Below are positions 54,057-64,000 of a stretch of 64,000 nucleotides of DNA, piece after piece. This DNA is from Leptospira sp. Lineage in GTDB: Bacteria; Spirochaetota; Leptospiria; Leptospirales; Leptospiraceae. A model generated the notes under the pieces. The model saw nothing but the letters and a program-made list of their open reading frames with translations, had not been told where the DNA came from and did no database searches. Position 1 is the stretch's first letter, and each line of letters starts with the position of its first letter. The position numbers and the translations under genes are program-made. Location of the stretch: contig JAWXAQ010000008.1 in the NCBI GenBank assembly GCA_034439575.1, positions 224,001 to 288,000 on the forward strand, read 5' to 3'.

Positions 54057-55080
54057 AGAAATAACCAGCGGCTGTAGCGATCACATAAATGACTAATAGT
54101 AGAATCCCGATAGGTCTTTTGATTGTATCTTTGGAAAAAAAGATTCCAGCACGAAACACGAGTAAAACGAGTATCATCGCAGGAAAATAGAATTGGAAGA
54201 AATTTTTTGGAGCAAAAAGTCCTGAGGTAGTGACCGCCGCCGCCGCGCCTGAAACAAAAAGTACATTTAATATATCAGCACCGATGATATTACCTATGGC
54301 AAGTTCGGAGTGTCCTCTTCTGGATGCTTGAACGGCCGTTACAAGCTCAGGAAGAGATGTTCCAAAAGCTACGAGTGTTGCCCCAATGATTGAGTCAGGA
54401 ATATAAAGAATGCGTGCCGTAATTTCTACAGCGGGAATTAAAACTTGGGAAGATAAAATGACGATAGCTATCGCGATTACTAATTTAACGATAATGATCG
54501 CAAGGGATGAGTTATCAATTTCGGTTGTATCGTCAATGCCTGCCTCTGTATCTCCTGGTTTTGTTCGTGACCAACGGATACTTAAGTAAATGTACAAACC
54601 TAATAAAAATAAAAAGAATATTCCCGTGCCTTGTGTGATCCTTCCGCCATCTTTGAAAGCGGAACCAAAATCCAACCAAGGTGTTGCGGCAAATACCAAA
54701 AGGAAACCAGCACCGACTTGGATCCAACCTTGACGATTCACCAACCTTTTATCAATGCTAGGTGGTGAAATCAAAATGGCGATACCCAAAATCAATCCCG
54801 TATCACAGATGATAGAACCTACAGCGTTTCCGAGGGCAATCCCAGGATTTCCTTCCAATGCGGAAATGACAGAAACCGAAACTTCAGGCAAGGTTGTCCC
54901 AAGGCTGACAAGTGTCGCACCGATGATCATTTTAGGAACGCCCCATCGCAAAGAAAGGGAAACTGCTTCGTCCACAAGGACATCAGCGGCTTTGCCCAAA
55001 CAAAGAATGGACGCAATGATCACAAGGATCAGAAGTGGGAGAGGAAATGCTTGAAAGCTATTATGTAAAAATTCATCCAT
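54046..55080 (-). CDS. Ca2+/Na+ antiporter (YrbG/CaCA family)
   Basis: GTTLPE...GNAVGS and GTSLPE...GNIIG alpha repeats. Confidence 0.92.
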   Translation of the reverse strand: MDEFLHNSFQAFPLPLLILVIIASILCLGKAADVLVDEAVSLSLRWGVPKMIIGATLVSLGTTLPEVSVSVISALEGNPGIALGNAVGSIICDTGLILGIAILISPPSIDKRLVNRQGWIQVGAGFLLVFAATPWLDFGSAFKDGGRITQGTGIFFLFLLGLYIYLSIRWSRTKPGDTEAGIDDTTEIDNSSLAIIIVKLVIAIAIVILSSQVLIPAVEITARILYIPDSIIGATLVAFGTSLPELVTAVQASRRGHSELAIGNIIGADILNVLFVSGAAAAVTTSGLFAPKNFFQFYFPAMILVLLVFRAGIFFSKDTIKRPIGILLLVIYVIATAAGYFFKE

Positions 55081-55720
55081 GGATAAACGCCAATCTATGA
55101 TCTACCCAATTCATTATCGAGTCTTTCTTATTCTCTTCACTCTTTCTCTACCTACATTTTTATATGCGGATCCCAAATTGCCAAAGGATCCGACCCTTCC
55201 GCAAATGCCTGTAGAAGAAAAAAAAGACGAACGAGACGCTAGAGGTGAGATAAGAGAAAAACGAACCAATGTGCAAACTCTTACGTTATGTGATGGCAGA
55301 ACCATTCGCGGGGAAGGGGAAGTTTTAGGAGAAGGTTTTACCCTCGTTCATACCAAAGATGGAATCGAATACCGCAAAAAATTGAAATGGGAGGAAATCG
55401 AATCCATTAAAATAGATAGCTGGGAATTGAAACAAAAGAAGGAAGAAAAAAAAGGAATTTCGTTTGAAGCATTCCCCAAAAAAGTCCGGATCAGAACCAG
55501 AAATGGGGAAGTCTTTTACAAGGATACTGGCCTTGCCGATTTAAAATTATTAAATTTATCCATCAAAAATAATAACGGAAGTGCAAATGTATTTTCCTAT
55601 TGGATTGATTTACGTTATACGAACGGATCTTGGTTTTCTGGACTTCCGCAAATGAAAGGCGAATCCTTAGTACGTGAGGATTGTTTTAAAGATGTAGTGC
55701 GAATGATAGAATGGGAATGA
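55079..55720 (+). CDS. Exported hypothetical protein
   Basis: 213-aa ORF with signal peptide; start may be ATG 55097. Confidence 0.65.
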   Translation: MDKRQSMIYPIHYRVFLILFTLSLPTFLYADPKLPKDPTLPQMPVEEKKDERDARGEIREKRTNVQTLTLCDGRTIRGEGEVLGEGFTLVHTKDGIEYRKKLKWEEIESIKIDSWELKQKKEEKKGISFEAFPKKVRIRTRNGEVFYKDTGLADLKLLNLSIKNNNGSANVFSYWIDLRYTNGSWFSGLPQMKGESLVREDCFKDVVRMIEWE

Positions 55721-55808
55721 TGGATATGCGAATTGATTTCAATTTGAGGGTTTTCTCATATATAATTTAGCTTGACTATATCCAAAAAAAGGCGGACATT
55801 TATTGGGT

Positions 55809-56972
55809 ATGTTCAAGAGGATATTGAAACCGAGTTTGACTAGGAGTTTTTTTCTTTTTGGTCCTCGATCAACGGGTAAATCAACTCTATTGAATGAGAT
55901 GCTTCCCGAATCCGCCGCGCTTTGGATTGATTTACTTGATCCTGACACAGAACGCGAATTGGCAAAATCACCGTCCCGACTAGCGACTATATTAGAAGGT
56001 GAATTGGCTTCAAATCGCAAACGAAAATGGGTTGTCATTGACGAAGTTCAAAAAGTACCTGAACTACTAACAGTTGTTCATAAATACATTCAAAAATCAA
56101 AATTCTTTTTTGCACTTACTGGTTCCAGCGCTAGAAAATTAAAAAGAAATAATGCTGATCTTCTTGGTGGGAGGGCTTCTTGGTTTGAACTGTCTTCACT
56201 AAGTCACATTGAACTTGGAAAAAAATTTGATCTAAATCTCGTGTTACAATGGGGTAGTTTACCCGAAATATTTGAATTATCAGATGAGGACCGTTATAGA
56301 TTTTTAAAAGCATATGCTAACATCTATCTGAAAGAGGAAATTGTAGCAGAGCAATTGGTAAGAAAAGTTCAGCCTTTTCGAAACTTCCTTGAGTTAGTCG
56401 CTCTGCAGAATGCGCAGATCATTAACTATTCTAAATTCGCGAACGATTGTGGTGTTGATATAACAACGATTCAGTCCTACTTTGAGATTTTGATTGATAC
56501 TCTCATTGGATTCGAGCTACAGCCTTTTCGTTTATCGATTCGAAAGAGACAAAGAACAAATCCCAAATTTTATTTTTTTGACAATGGTGTAACACGCGCT
56601 TTATCCAATTCACTTGAAATCCCAATCCATCCAAAAACCTCTGAATATGGAAAGCAGTTTGAGCAATATATTATAACTGAAATTATTCGACTCGCAAAAG
56701 CGTATGATAAAAATTGGAAGTTTTCCTACCTATCCACTAAGGAAGGAAACGAGATTGATTTAATCATTGAGAAGTCTCCCAAAAATATATGTGCGATCGA
56801 AATCAAGTCCAACTCAATCGTTGAAGAAATTAAAGTGCGAACTTTTGAGCGTTTAGCAAGTGATATCCCAAATGTTGAATTATTGTTCATTTCTCAAGAT
56901 AAAAGTAATCTGAAGATTGGGGATGTGCACTGTCTTTATTGGCGAGATGCAATGTTAAAGATTTTTGATTAA
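55809..56972 (+). CDS. AAA_14 ATPase with DUF4143 / PD-(D/E)XK C-terminus
   Basis: GPRSTGKS, IDEVQ, TGSS, LGGR, KFYFFDNG, EIDLI..AIEIKS. Confidence 0.9.
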   Translation: MFKRILKPSLTRSFFLFGPRSTGKSTLLNEMLPESAALWIDLLDPDTERELAKSPSRLATILEGELASNRKRKWVVIDEVQKVPELLTVVHKYIQKSKFFFALTGSSARKLKRNNADLLGGRASWFELSSLSHIELGKKFDLNLVLQWGSLPEIFELSDEDRYRFLKAYANIYLKEEIVAEQLVRKVQPFRNFLELVALQNAQIINYSKFANDCGVDITTIQSYFEILIDTLIGFELQPFRLSIRKRQRTNPKFYFFDNGVTRALSNSLEIPIHPKTSEYGKQFEQYIITEIIRLAKAYDKNWKFSYLSTKEGNEIDLIIEKSPKNICAIEIKSNSIVEEIKVRTFERLASDIPNVELLFISQDKSNLKIGDVHCLYWRDAMLKIFD

Positions 56973-56988
56973 ACTATTTATTAAAAAT

Positions 56989-59313
56989 CTAGATTCGTTT
57001 TTTCGGTAGATATTTATAATATTCCATTTCTACTGTATTGATAAGAAACGTGTAATACTTGACGAGTTTTTTATCAAATTTCTTTTTATTCATTTCTTCT
57101 CGGTAGAAGTCTGCGAGTTGTCCACGAAATAAGGCCGCTTTTAAATCAGTGCGATTGATAAGTATTGTGGAAGGCATGTCTTTCACTGCAACATCATCGG
57201 GAATCTGAATCGTTGCAACTGATTGTAAGACTGCATATTCAACTGTTGATGCAACTTTGTCGTCATTTTGCTCTTTAGCGAGAGTTAGGTTGTTTCTTTT
57301 AATATTATCTAAATTTTCATAAATTCGAGATCGTAAGGACTTGGGATCCAATACTTTATCTGTGATTTTGTTGAACCTTTTGGGAAAAACAAAATTGTCT
57401 GCCGCACGATAGATATTGGCAATTTTTTCTTCCTTTTGGCTACTAGTTCCTTCTTCACTTGTACCAGATGACGATGAAACGGCAGGCGAAGAAGAACTTG
57501 GTTTCCCCCAATCTCCTACATTGCCAAATTTACCTGAGTTTTTAATATCTTCTCTTATTTCTTCTGTTGTTTTTTCTCGGAAAAATAAAGCGGCCATAAA
57601 TCCAGCAACAACAGAAAAAGGGACTCCAAAAAAGAGAGGCACCGCTGAACGAAGATAATACGCCGCTGTTATAAATATCATCGTTCCCACAATAAAAGTC
57701 AATATTCCAGCTGGGACATTGAATTTGCTGCTAATATCAGCGGACTTGGCTCGTTCTGCTTCTTGCAGTTCTAATTCCCGAACGCCAGCATTCATTTTGG
57801 CAATGGCATCTGGCCTTAGTTTGTTATTTAGTTCTGGGTGTTTGGGATTGGAAAGACGATGGTTGATTGATTTTGCGTAATCCAATTGTTTTTGTAACTC
57901 GGGGTTACCCTTACCTTCAAAAGCAAGTTTGTGAATCACTGCCGCCATATAACCATGATCTAAAACATAATATACTGATTTACCATTGGATTGTTTTTCT
58001 TCGTAATATGAAAATTCAGAAAAAACATCGTCTTTCAAACGTTTGATGTATTCATTTGCCTTTTCTTCGGAAGTGATGCCAGCACTAGCTACTTCGTCTT
58101 CAAAATTAATCCGAAGTAGTGTATGATTGTTTTTTGTGAATTCAGGGATTTTTGTCATTACTGTTTTTTGAACAGTTGTATATATATTATCGTCTTTTCT
58201 GTGTAAGACGGAACCTTTCTCTTCACACAATCGTTTGAGTATTTTTATGCTGGTATCAACTGTCTCTCGAATCAATTGCGCTTGGTTACCTTTTTGCGAA
58301 GAGAATGGATAACTTTCAACAAGTGATAAAAACTTTTTTACTTGTTCCTCTGGATTCATTTTTTCATCCACAGAGGCAAATTTTTCTTCTTGGAAATAGG
58401 AATTCATTTTTTCTACAAAAGCATCATACTTTGCTTCTTTTGCGATTCGTAATAAATGATCCTTTGTGAAATTTTCAAGAGAATCCAAGTGAGCTAGAAT
58501 TTGATTTACTACTTCGGGAAGTTTTTTAAATTTTCCGTCAGGATGAATGTCTAATTCGTCAATAACTATATGATAATCACTTAATATAGATAAGGCGAGG
58601 CCTTGTTCTTTGGCAAAATTAACAAAATCAATTAAAAAGTCAGTCATAGGAATATAGGGGACTGAGCCAAATCCTTTGCGGACCAAAGAGGAAACTTCAG
58701 ATTCGAGACTGCCTAACTTTGGATACAGCCAAGGTTGACCTTCTTTGTTGTTTTGGATGAGTAAACTTCCTGGATTTTGTTCATCCCAATTTCTGCCTTT
58801 CTTTGACCTATTGTCCAAAAGCACTTTGATGAGCTCTTGGGAATAACGAAAACAAGCTTGTCTATAGGGAATGGTATCGGTTTTGTTTTCTTTTTGTGGT
58901 GCCACTAAAGCGATTTTACTCGCGATTTTGTTTCCGTTTTTTATTAGATATGGATACGCATAAATTACTCTATTGGCGCCTCTATGATCAAGGTCGAGTA
59001 ATAGACGTAAGGCGTGATGAATCGCACTTTCACTTTTACCTTGTCCACCAAGGTTATTGTATTTCCCGAGAGCTTCTGGAACTTTATCGAGTGTTAGTAA
59101 ATAGGAAGGATGAATTTCTTTACTTCCGTGTTTTTCGACACGTTTATGCCAATCTTTCAATTCATCTAAAATACAACGGGCAGTAGGTGTCAAACTACCT
59201 ATTGCATCAGAGAGCTGGATATAAGATTGTGAGGTAGGTGCTTGAACATCGGCAGGCGAAGGGGGTTCTTCACTCTTTCCAATATTGATGTCTAATGTAT
59301 CCGAATCGTTCAT
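56989..59313 (-). CDS. Large hypothetical protein with two TM helices
   Basis: 774-aa ORF with a TM hairpin at about aa 535-580 and a Ser-rich linker; no family recognised. Confidence 0.75.
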   Translation of the reverse strand: MNDSDTLDINIGKSEEPPSPADVQAPTSQSYIQLSDAIGSLTPTARCILDELKDWHKRVEKHGSKEIHPSYLLTLDKVPEALGKYNNLGGQGKSESAIHHALRLLLDLDHRGANRVIYAYPYLIKNGNKIASKIALVAPQKENKTDTIPYRQACFRYSQELIKVLLDNRSKKGRNWDEQNPGSLLIQNNKEGQPWLYPKLGSLESEVSSLVRKGFGSVPYIPMTDFLIDFVNFAKEQGLALSILSDYHIVIDELDIHPDGKFKKLPEVVNQILAHLDSLENFTKDHLLRIAKEAKYDAFVEKMNSYFQEEKFASVDEKMNPEEQVKKFLSLVESYPFSSQKGNQAQLIRETVDTSIKILKRLCEEKGSVLHRKDDNIYTTVQKTVMTKIPEFTKNNHTLLRINFEDEVASAGITSEEKANEYIKRLKDDVFSEFSYYEEKQSNGKSVYYVLDHGYMAAVIHKLAFEGKGNPELQKQLDYAKSINHRLSNPKHPELNNKLRPDAIAKMNAGVRELELQEAERAKSADISSKFNVPAGILTFIVGTMIFITAAYYLRSAVPLFFGVPFSVVAGFMAALFFREKTTEEIREDIKNSGKFGNVGDWGKPSSSSPAVSSSSGTSEEGTSSQKEEKIANIYRAADNFVFPKRFNKITDKVLDPKSLRSRIYENLDNIKRNNLTLAKEQNDDKVASTVEYAVLQSVATIQIPDDVAVKDMPSTILINRTDLKAALFRGQLADFYREEMNKKKFDKKLVKYYTFLINTVEMEYYKYLPKKRI

Positions 59314-59316
59314 ATT

Positions 59317-60597
59317 TTACGCACAGTTGTGGGAGACTAATTGGGCTATAATTTTTGCCCCACGAGCTATTTCTTGTTTAGCGCGACAATATGTCAAACG
59401 TATGCATTTTTCCTTGTGGGAAAATGTTTCTGTCAGCCCTGGAAAAAAATAATGTCCTGAAACAATATACACCTGTTTCTCTTTGCAAAGTTCATATAAG
59501 TCCCTGTTCTGTATTTTTAAGTCGGGAAAATGAATCCAAAGAAAAAATCCGCCGTCTGGTAAGTGAATAGAGTAGCGAATTTTATGATTCTGAAAGATTT
59601 CTTCCAAAATCATTAGCGCATCTTTGAGTTTTTCTTCGTAGTACGGTCGTAATATGTTATTCGAAAGTTGGACTAATGTATCGTCTTCCCAAAATATTTT
59701 TGCCATTTGAGCACCAAGGTTTCCAGAACTCAAATTGTTTGTGGCACCAAATGAAGATAACAGACTGATCACTTCTTCATTCGCTACAACAATTCCAAAA
59801 CGAACTCCTGGCAGTCCAATTTTCGAAAAACTCAAAGACAGTATCATTCCATCACTATAAGTTATGGGTTTTTTATTGCCGATTAAGTTGGGGAAAGGAT
59901 TACCATAGGCGAGATCAACGAGAAGGGGAATTTTTGTTTGTTTGGATTTTTGGTAAAGGAATTGCAATTCGTCTAAGGTGATTACATTCCCCGTAGGATT
60001 TGTGGGCCTAGAAATTGTAATTATTCCTACGTTTGAAAGATCTATATTGTTACGATCTATTTTGTATTTAAATCTATTTTCAGAGATATTTTCTATCAGT
60101 GGTAAATGTGATTGAAAAACATCTTCATCGATTGTTTGGTCCGCATAACCAATATATTCTGGAACAATTGGCAAACAAATTTTTTTAAAACTTCCATCAG
60201 ACATTCTACCAGAAAAAGCATTCAATAAAAATGAAAATGCGTTTTGACTCCCATTGAAGAATCCTATATTTTTTGCGTTTAGATTTGCGCCAAACTTTGG
60301 GCCAAGGTATTCTGCCGTTTTGTTTAGGATATCTTCATTGCCAATGGGTCCAGAATAGTCACCAAACATAGTATCAACGGTATCTCTATTTGAAACAATT
60401 TTTTGTAGAGTTTGATAGAAGATATCTTCTGCCTCTTTGATTTTGGCTGGATTGCCCCCGCCCAAAAAAGATATTTCAGATCCTTGCTCCGAGAGGGCAT
60501 CGCTCAAATCTGCCATCAAACTTTGGATGCCGTTATTTTGTGAAATTTTAGCGGAAAGGCGAGATAGGAGCATAATTTCTGCCAGTTTTCTGGTCAA
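59317..60597 (-). CDS. avtA: Valine--pyruvate transaminase-like PLP aminotransferase
   Basis: LGGGNPA, NGSQNAF, PEYIGY, SRPTNPTGNV, DLAYG, SFSKIGLPGVR. Confidence 0.85.
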   Translation of the reverse strand: MTRKLAEIMLLSRLSAKISQNNGIQSLMADLSDALSEQGSEISFLGGGNPAKIKEAEDIFYQTLQKIVSNRDTVDTMFGDYSGPIGNEDILNKTAEYLGPKFGANLNAKNIGFFNGSQNAFSFLLNAFSGRMSDGSFKKICLPIVPEYIGYADQTIDEDVFQSHLPLIENISENRFKYKIDRNNIDLSNVGIITISRPTNPTGNVITLDELQFLYQKSKQTKIPLLVDLAYGNPFPNLIGNKKPITYSDGMILSLSFSKIGLPGVRFGIVVANEEVISLLSSFGATNNLSSGNLGAQMAKIFWEDDTLVQLSNNILRPYYEEKLKDALMILEEIFQNHKIRYSIHLPDGGFFLWIHFPDLKIQNRDLYELCKEKQVYIVSGHYFFPGLTETFSHKEKCIRLTYCRAKQEIARGAKIIAQLVSHNCA

Positions 60598-60727
60598 ATT
60601 CTCATTCAGAATTCATTTTTTGCCGTTTTTCTACTAAATTTAAAAATTATGTTCGCATAAATGAAAAAGGAAGTGACATAATTCGGTATTGCCTATGTAA
60701 AGAGACATAATAAAGGATACCTGTTGG

Positions 60728-61822
60728 ATGAGCACGGAAACATTACAAAGACCGTTAAAAAAACAAAAAGAAATCGAATTCCATAAACCCACTCTTTCGA
60801 GAGAGGATTTAAAAGGCGTTTTAGAATGCCTTGTGGACGAACATTTATCGAGTGGCGAGATCGTTGAGAGATTTGAAAAATCTTTCTGTCATACGTTTAA
60901 ATTTAAACAATCCATTTCAACCAATTCACTAACTTCCGCATACCATTTAGGTTTGCTTGGACTTGGTGTGCAATCTGGTGATCATGTAATACTTTCTAGT
61001 TTTGCACCCATTGCTGCATTGGATGCAATTTTTCTATTGAGAGCAAAACCGGTATTAGTTGATTTGGGCAAAAACTCATTTCATCCAGACATTGAATCGT
61101 TTAATAAAAAAAGAAATGAAACGCAAGCCAAGGTTGCCATTTTTGATCATACATTTGGATCTCTTATTAATATAGCAAAATATGAATTAGGTGAAACGAA
61201 GGTAATCGAAGATTATTCAGAGGCAATTGGTGCTGTATCGGAAGTGATTCCTGTAAGTAGACAAAGTAATCTTTCTATTTGTGGCCTAAATGCTGAAAAT
61301 ATGATTACAACTGGGAATGGTGCGATGATCACAACCAGTGATACAAATTTAGCACAGGTCATTCGTTCTTTAAAATCTGGTGTTTCCTCTAAACGAACCT
61401 TAGGTGAACCAAAGTTTGACTATAGTTTGGTGGATTACCAAGCAGCATTGGGGATTGAGCAACTCTCAAAACTCGGTGTCATATTAGAACGCCAGAAAAA
61501 AATTGCCCTTGCTTACATGCAAGCGGTTCAAAATTCGAGGCTAGAAACTTATTTTTCAAACCCAACGGAAGATACCTTTCATAGATTTCCGATCATAATA
61601 TCTAACCAAGGTTATGAGGAAGTACAAAGGTATTTTAAATCCATTCATATTGGAACCAAAAGGACCATAGAAGAACCATTGCATTCTGTATTGGAAGAAA
61701 ATAAACAAGACTACCCGAATGCAGAAAGATTGTTCCAACGTGGGCATTGTATACCTGTCTATCCGAATCTAACAAAAGATAATGTCCAAAGGATTGCAAC
61801 AGCGATTAGACGCATTTATTAA
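60728..61822 (+). CDS. DegT/DnrJ/EryC1/StrS-family protein with degenerate active site
   Basis: Family fold motifs (FEKSF, GVQSGDHVI, MITTGNGAM, QAALGIEQL, PNAERL) but Glu at the Schiff-base Lys position. Confidence 0.85.
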   Translation: MSTETLQRPLKKQKEIEFHKPTLSREDLKGVLECLVDEHLSSGEIVERFEKSFCHTFKFKQSISTNSLTSAYHLGLLGLGVQSGDHVILSSFAPIAALDAIFLLRAKPVLVDLGKNSFHPDIESFNKKRNETQAKVAIFDHTFGSLINIAKYELGETKVIEDYSEAIGAVSEVIPVSRQSNLSICGLNAENMITTGNGAMITTSDTNLAQVIRSLKSGVSSKRTLGEPKFDYSLVDYQAALGIEQLSKLGVILERQKKIALAYMQAVQNSRLETYFSNPTEDTFHRFPIIISNQGYEEVQRYFKSIHIGTKRTIEEPLHSVLEENKQDYPNAERLFQRGHCIPVYPNLTKDNVQRIATAIRRIY

Positions 61823-63003
61823 TAGGTAAGGCCACGAACTTATATTCTTTAGATCCTTTATTTGAGTATAGGTTTGTAAATCCGCCATTAACCATTGACA
61901 AACAAACATTAAGAAGGCGCTTTTCATTAGAAAAGCTCTTCTTTTTTTTAACAAAGCCTGGTGATTTGGTTCATGTCACTGAATTTCCATCAGAAGACTT
62001 TTTATCTCAATTTGACAAACTTGGATTTGCAATAGGCACTCCCTGGATAGAAGGTGAGTTCATTACAAGTGAAATGAATCTTGTGGAATGGGGTCAGTAT
62101 CATGATCTAAATTCGCCTTACCTTATTCCAAATGAAGGAAAAATTGAATATTCAAAATATCTAAACTCAAAACTTGTCCAAAGGCAATGGAAGGAAGACT
62201 TTTCCTTAAGTCCTCTAAAAAGTAAGTTAATTTCATCCGAAGATTTGTTAATTGATTATTTGAATGAGTGCCAAAGGCCCATTGTATTAAAAGGCGCTTA
62301 TGGTATCGCCGGTCGCAATCATATCATTATTGAATCTCCTTCGCAAGGATGGAAGTTACAGCAGATTCCCAAAAAATTATATAACTATCCTGTATTTTGT
62401 GAAGAGTGGGTTGGCAAAGATCGAATTTTTGATTTTTCTACACTTTGGGATTTTACAGAATCAGGACCTTCATTTTTAGGCATTACGGAAATGTTAGTTG
62501 AAGCGGATGGAAGTTTTCGTGGCATTCGCATGAGTGCAAATATTGAACAAAGGTTAGTTCATATATTGCCTGATTGCCTTCAAATAATGAAATCCATTTT
62601 AGATGCTTCGGAATTTAAACCGATTGGACCTGCGGCAATGGATGGCTTTCTATATAAAGTGAATCATGAACTAAGAGTTCAGAACTTTTCTGAGATTAAC
62701 TTTCGCTATTCGATTGGACGAATTTTGTTTGAAATTCGAAAATATAAAAATTTAAGAATGTTAGAATCCGGCTTATTATTTTTGCCATTAAATCAAATTA
62801 AAAAATTCAATGAAAAAGAATGGTTAAGCGTTGTTAAAAAAGAAACTGGAGCAGAAGTTTTTTTTGTCACACCAACAAAAGATGCGAAGGGAAAATACTT
62901 TCAGAATGTAGGTCTTTATTATGAGGAGAAACAAAACTCCCAACAATCAAATGAACTTGTCACTTGGTTGGGAGAGGCGTGGAGAAATTTAATAATTAAT
63001 TAA
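61822..63003 (+). CDS. ATP-grasp-like hypothetical protein (start uncertain)
   Basis: VLKGAYGIAGR, EEWV, MDGF, EINFR; frame open from 61810 although the first TTG is at 61966. Confidence 0.65.
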   Translation: MGKATNLYSLDPLFEYRFVNPPLTIDKQTLRRRFSLEKLFFFLTKPGDLVHVTEFPSEDFLSQFDKLGFAIGTPWIEGEFITSEMNLVEWGQYHDLNSPYLIPNEGKIEYSKYLNSKLVQRQWKEDFSLSPLKSKLISSEDLLIDYLNECQRPIVLKGAYGIAGRNHIIIESPSQGWKLQQIPKKLYNYPVFCEEWVGKDRIFDFSTLWDFTESGPSFLGITEMLVEADGSFRGIRMSANIEQRLVHILPDCLQIMKSILDASEFKPIGPAAMDGFLYKVNHELRVQNFSEINFRYSIGRILFEIRKYKNLRMLESGLLFLPLNQIKKFNEKEWLSVVKKETGAEVFFVTPTKDAKGKYFQNVGLYYEEKQNSQQSNELVTWLGEAWRNLIIN

Positions 63004-63782
63004 ACTTCTTCATTATTTCGAATGAATCTATGTTTACCGTTGATTTCGATGACTGGTTCACCTGATTTACGATCTAAACGTAACTCAAGTGTATCGGTAT
63101 TTGTAAGAGGTAATGTGGCTTCTAAATTTACTAAAACCTTCTCCCCTTTTTCAGTCCAAGTACATAACATACGGGCTGTATCATATCCCATTTCACAAGT
63201 ACCATCATTGTGTAAGCTGATTTTTGCTATGTTTGATTCTGTTTTCCATTTTCCTATGGCCCAGGTATTTTTCGGCGGAGTGAGTATGGAGCCTGCTTGG
63301 TCAGCAAGTAACTTAACTTCGGCGATGGATGTGTCTTTGGCTAATTTTCCTTTATAAATATCTAAAATCGTCAAGGTGACTTTTTTTGCCTTAAATTCTT
63401 TTTTGAGGCTTAATTTTTGAGCAGATAAAGCATCCTTTAGGGTGAAAATTTCTTCTTGTCCATTATCTGTTGTTAGTTTGAGTTTTTTGATTCGGTTATG
63501 ATTGCCCCATTCTTTGGGATCGCCAAATCCATTGTATATGGCAAGTGTTTGGAAACTAATATCAGATTTATAACTGATAGAAATGGATTCTCCAATCCCG
63601 TCACCTTCAGTTCCTTCCACCCAACTAGAATCCAATCTTCCATCCAAGGCATAAGCCGGAGGAAATTTTTCTTTTGAATTGGAACGAAAACTACTCGATG
63701 TTATGGTAGGTAAGTTTACGGATTGAGCCGTGATTGCCAAAAAACTAATGGCCAGAAAAGTAAAATAAAAAGATCGATTCAT
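63000..63782 (-). CDS. Exported discoidin/F5-8-like (NADase-type glycan-binding) domain protein
   Basis: ALDGRLDSSWVEG..GDGIGESI, IYNGF, NRIKKL, DTSIAEV; start MNRSF at 63782. Confidence 0.75.
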   Translation of the reverse strand: MNRSFYFTFLAISFLAITAQSVNLPTITSSSFRSNSKEKFPPAYALDGRLDSSWVEGTEGDGIGESISISYKSDISFQTLAIYNGFGDPKEWGNHNRIKKLKLTTDNGQEEIFTLKDALSAQKLSLKKEFKAKKVTLTILDIYKGKLAKDTSIAEVKLLADQAGSILTPPKNTWAIGKWKTESNIAKISLHNDGTCEMGYDTARMLCTWTEKGEKVLVNLEATLPLTNTDTLELRLDRKSGEPVIEINGKHRFIRNNEEV

Positions 63783-63837
63783 CTTGGTAAAATGATATTC
63801 TATACGTGGAAAGAGCAAGAAAGAAAATTAAACAATT

Positions 63838-64000
63838 ATGGAAGATATCCATTTAATCTATATTACGACTAAGAATGCCGAAGAAGCTGAAAAAATTGGA
63901 ACGATTTTGGTGAAAGAAAAATTGGCTGCCTGTGCGAACATCCTTCCGCAAATGCTCAGTATTTATGAATGGGAAGGAAAATTGGAAAAAGAATCCGAGG
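63838..64000 (+). CDS. cutA: Divalent-cation tolerance protein CutA (3' end outside window)
   Basis: MEDIHLIYITT...EAEKIG..LVKEKLAACANI.P.M.SIYEWEGK. Confidence 0.92.
   Translation, partial: MEDIHLIYITTKNAEEAEKIGTILVKEKLAACANILPQMLSIYEWEGKLEKESE

Overview
AT-rich bacterial chromosomal segment whose gene content and protein style point to Leptospira, probably a saprophytic-clade species (inferred, not proven). Most of the window is housekeeping or Leptospira-core genes: glutathione peroxidase, PBP1A, transketolase N-subunit, polyprenyl synthase, ClC, mazG, lpxD, hemO-MFS with a Fur-like box, polA, gltX, an atypical type IIA topoisomerase pair, dprA, avtA and cutA. The most unusual part is an accessory block at about 7.3-10.8 kb next to tRNA-Thr/tRNA-Tyr. 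It holds a mosaic of structured ~96-bp repeats with compensatory base changes and CsrA/RsmA-type GGA hairpins. The repeats flank a clan-AA aspartic protease as direct copies and a truncated papain-like toxin plus secreted partner gene as ~260-300-bp inverted copies. A tRNA-Tyr 3'-end-derived repeat closes the block. Other points of interest are a WYL regulator-DUF2779 nuclease pair, a CTD-less topo II encoded A-then-B with T4/eukaryote-like motifs, a DegT-family protein lacking its catalytic lysine, and an AAA-DUF4143 gene remnant. No CRISPR array, rRNA, transposase or integrase was seen. All family calls come from motif recognition only; no searches were run.
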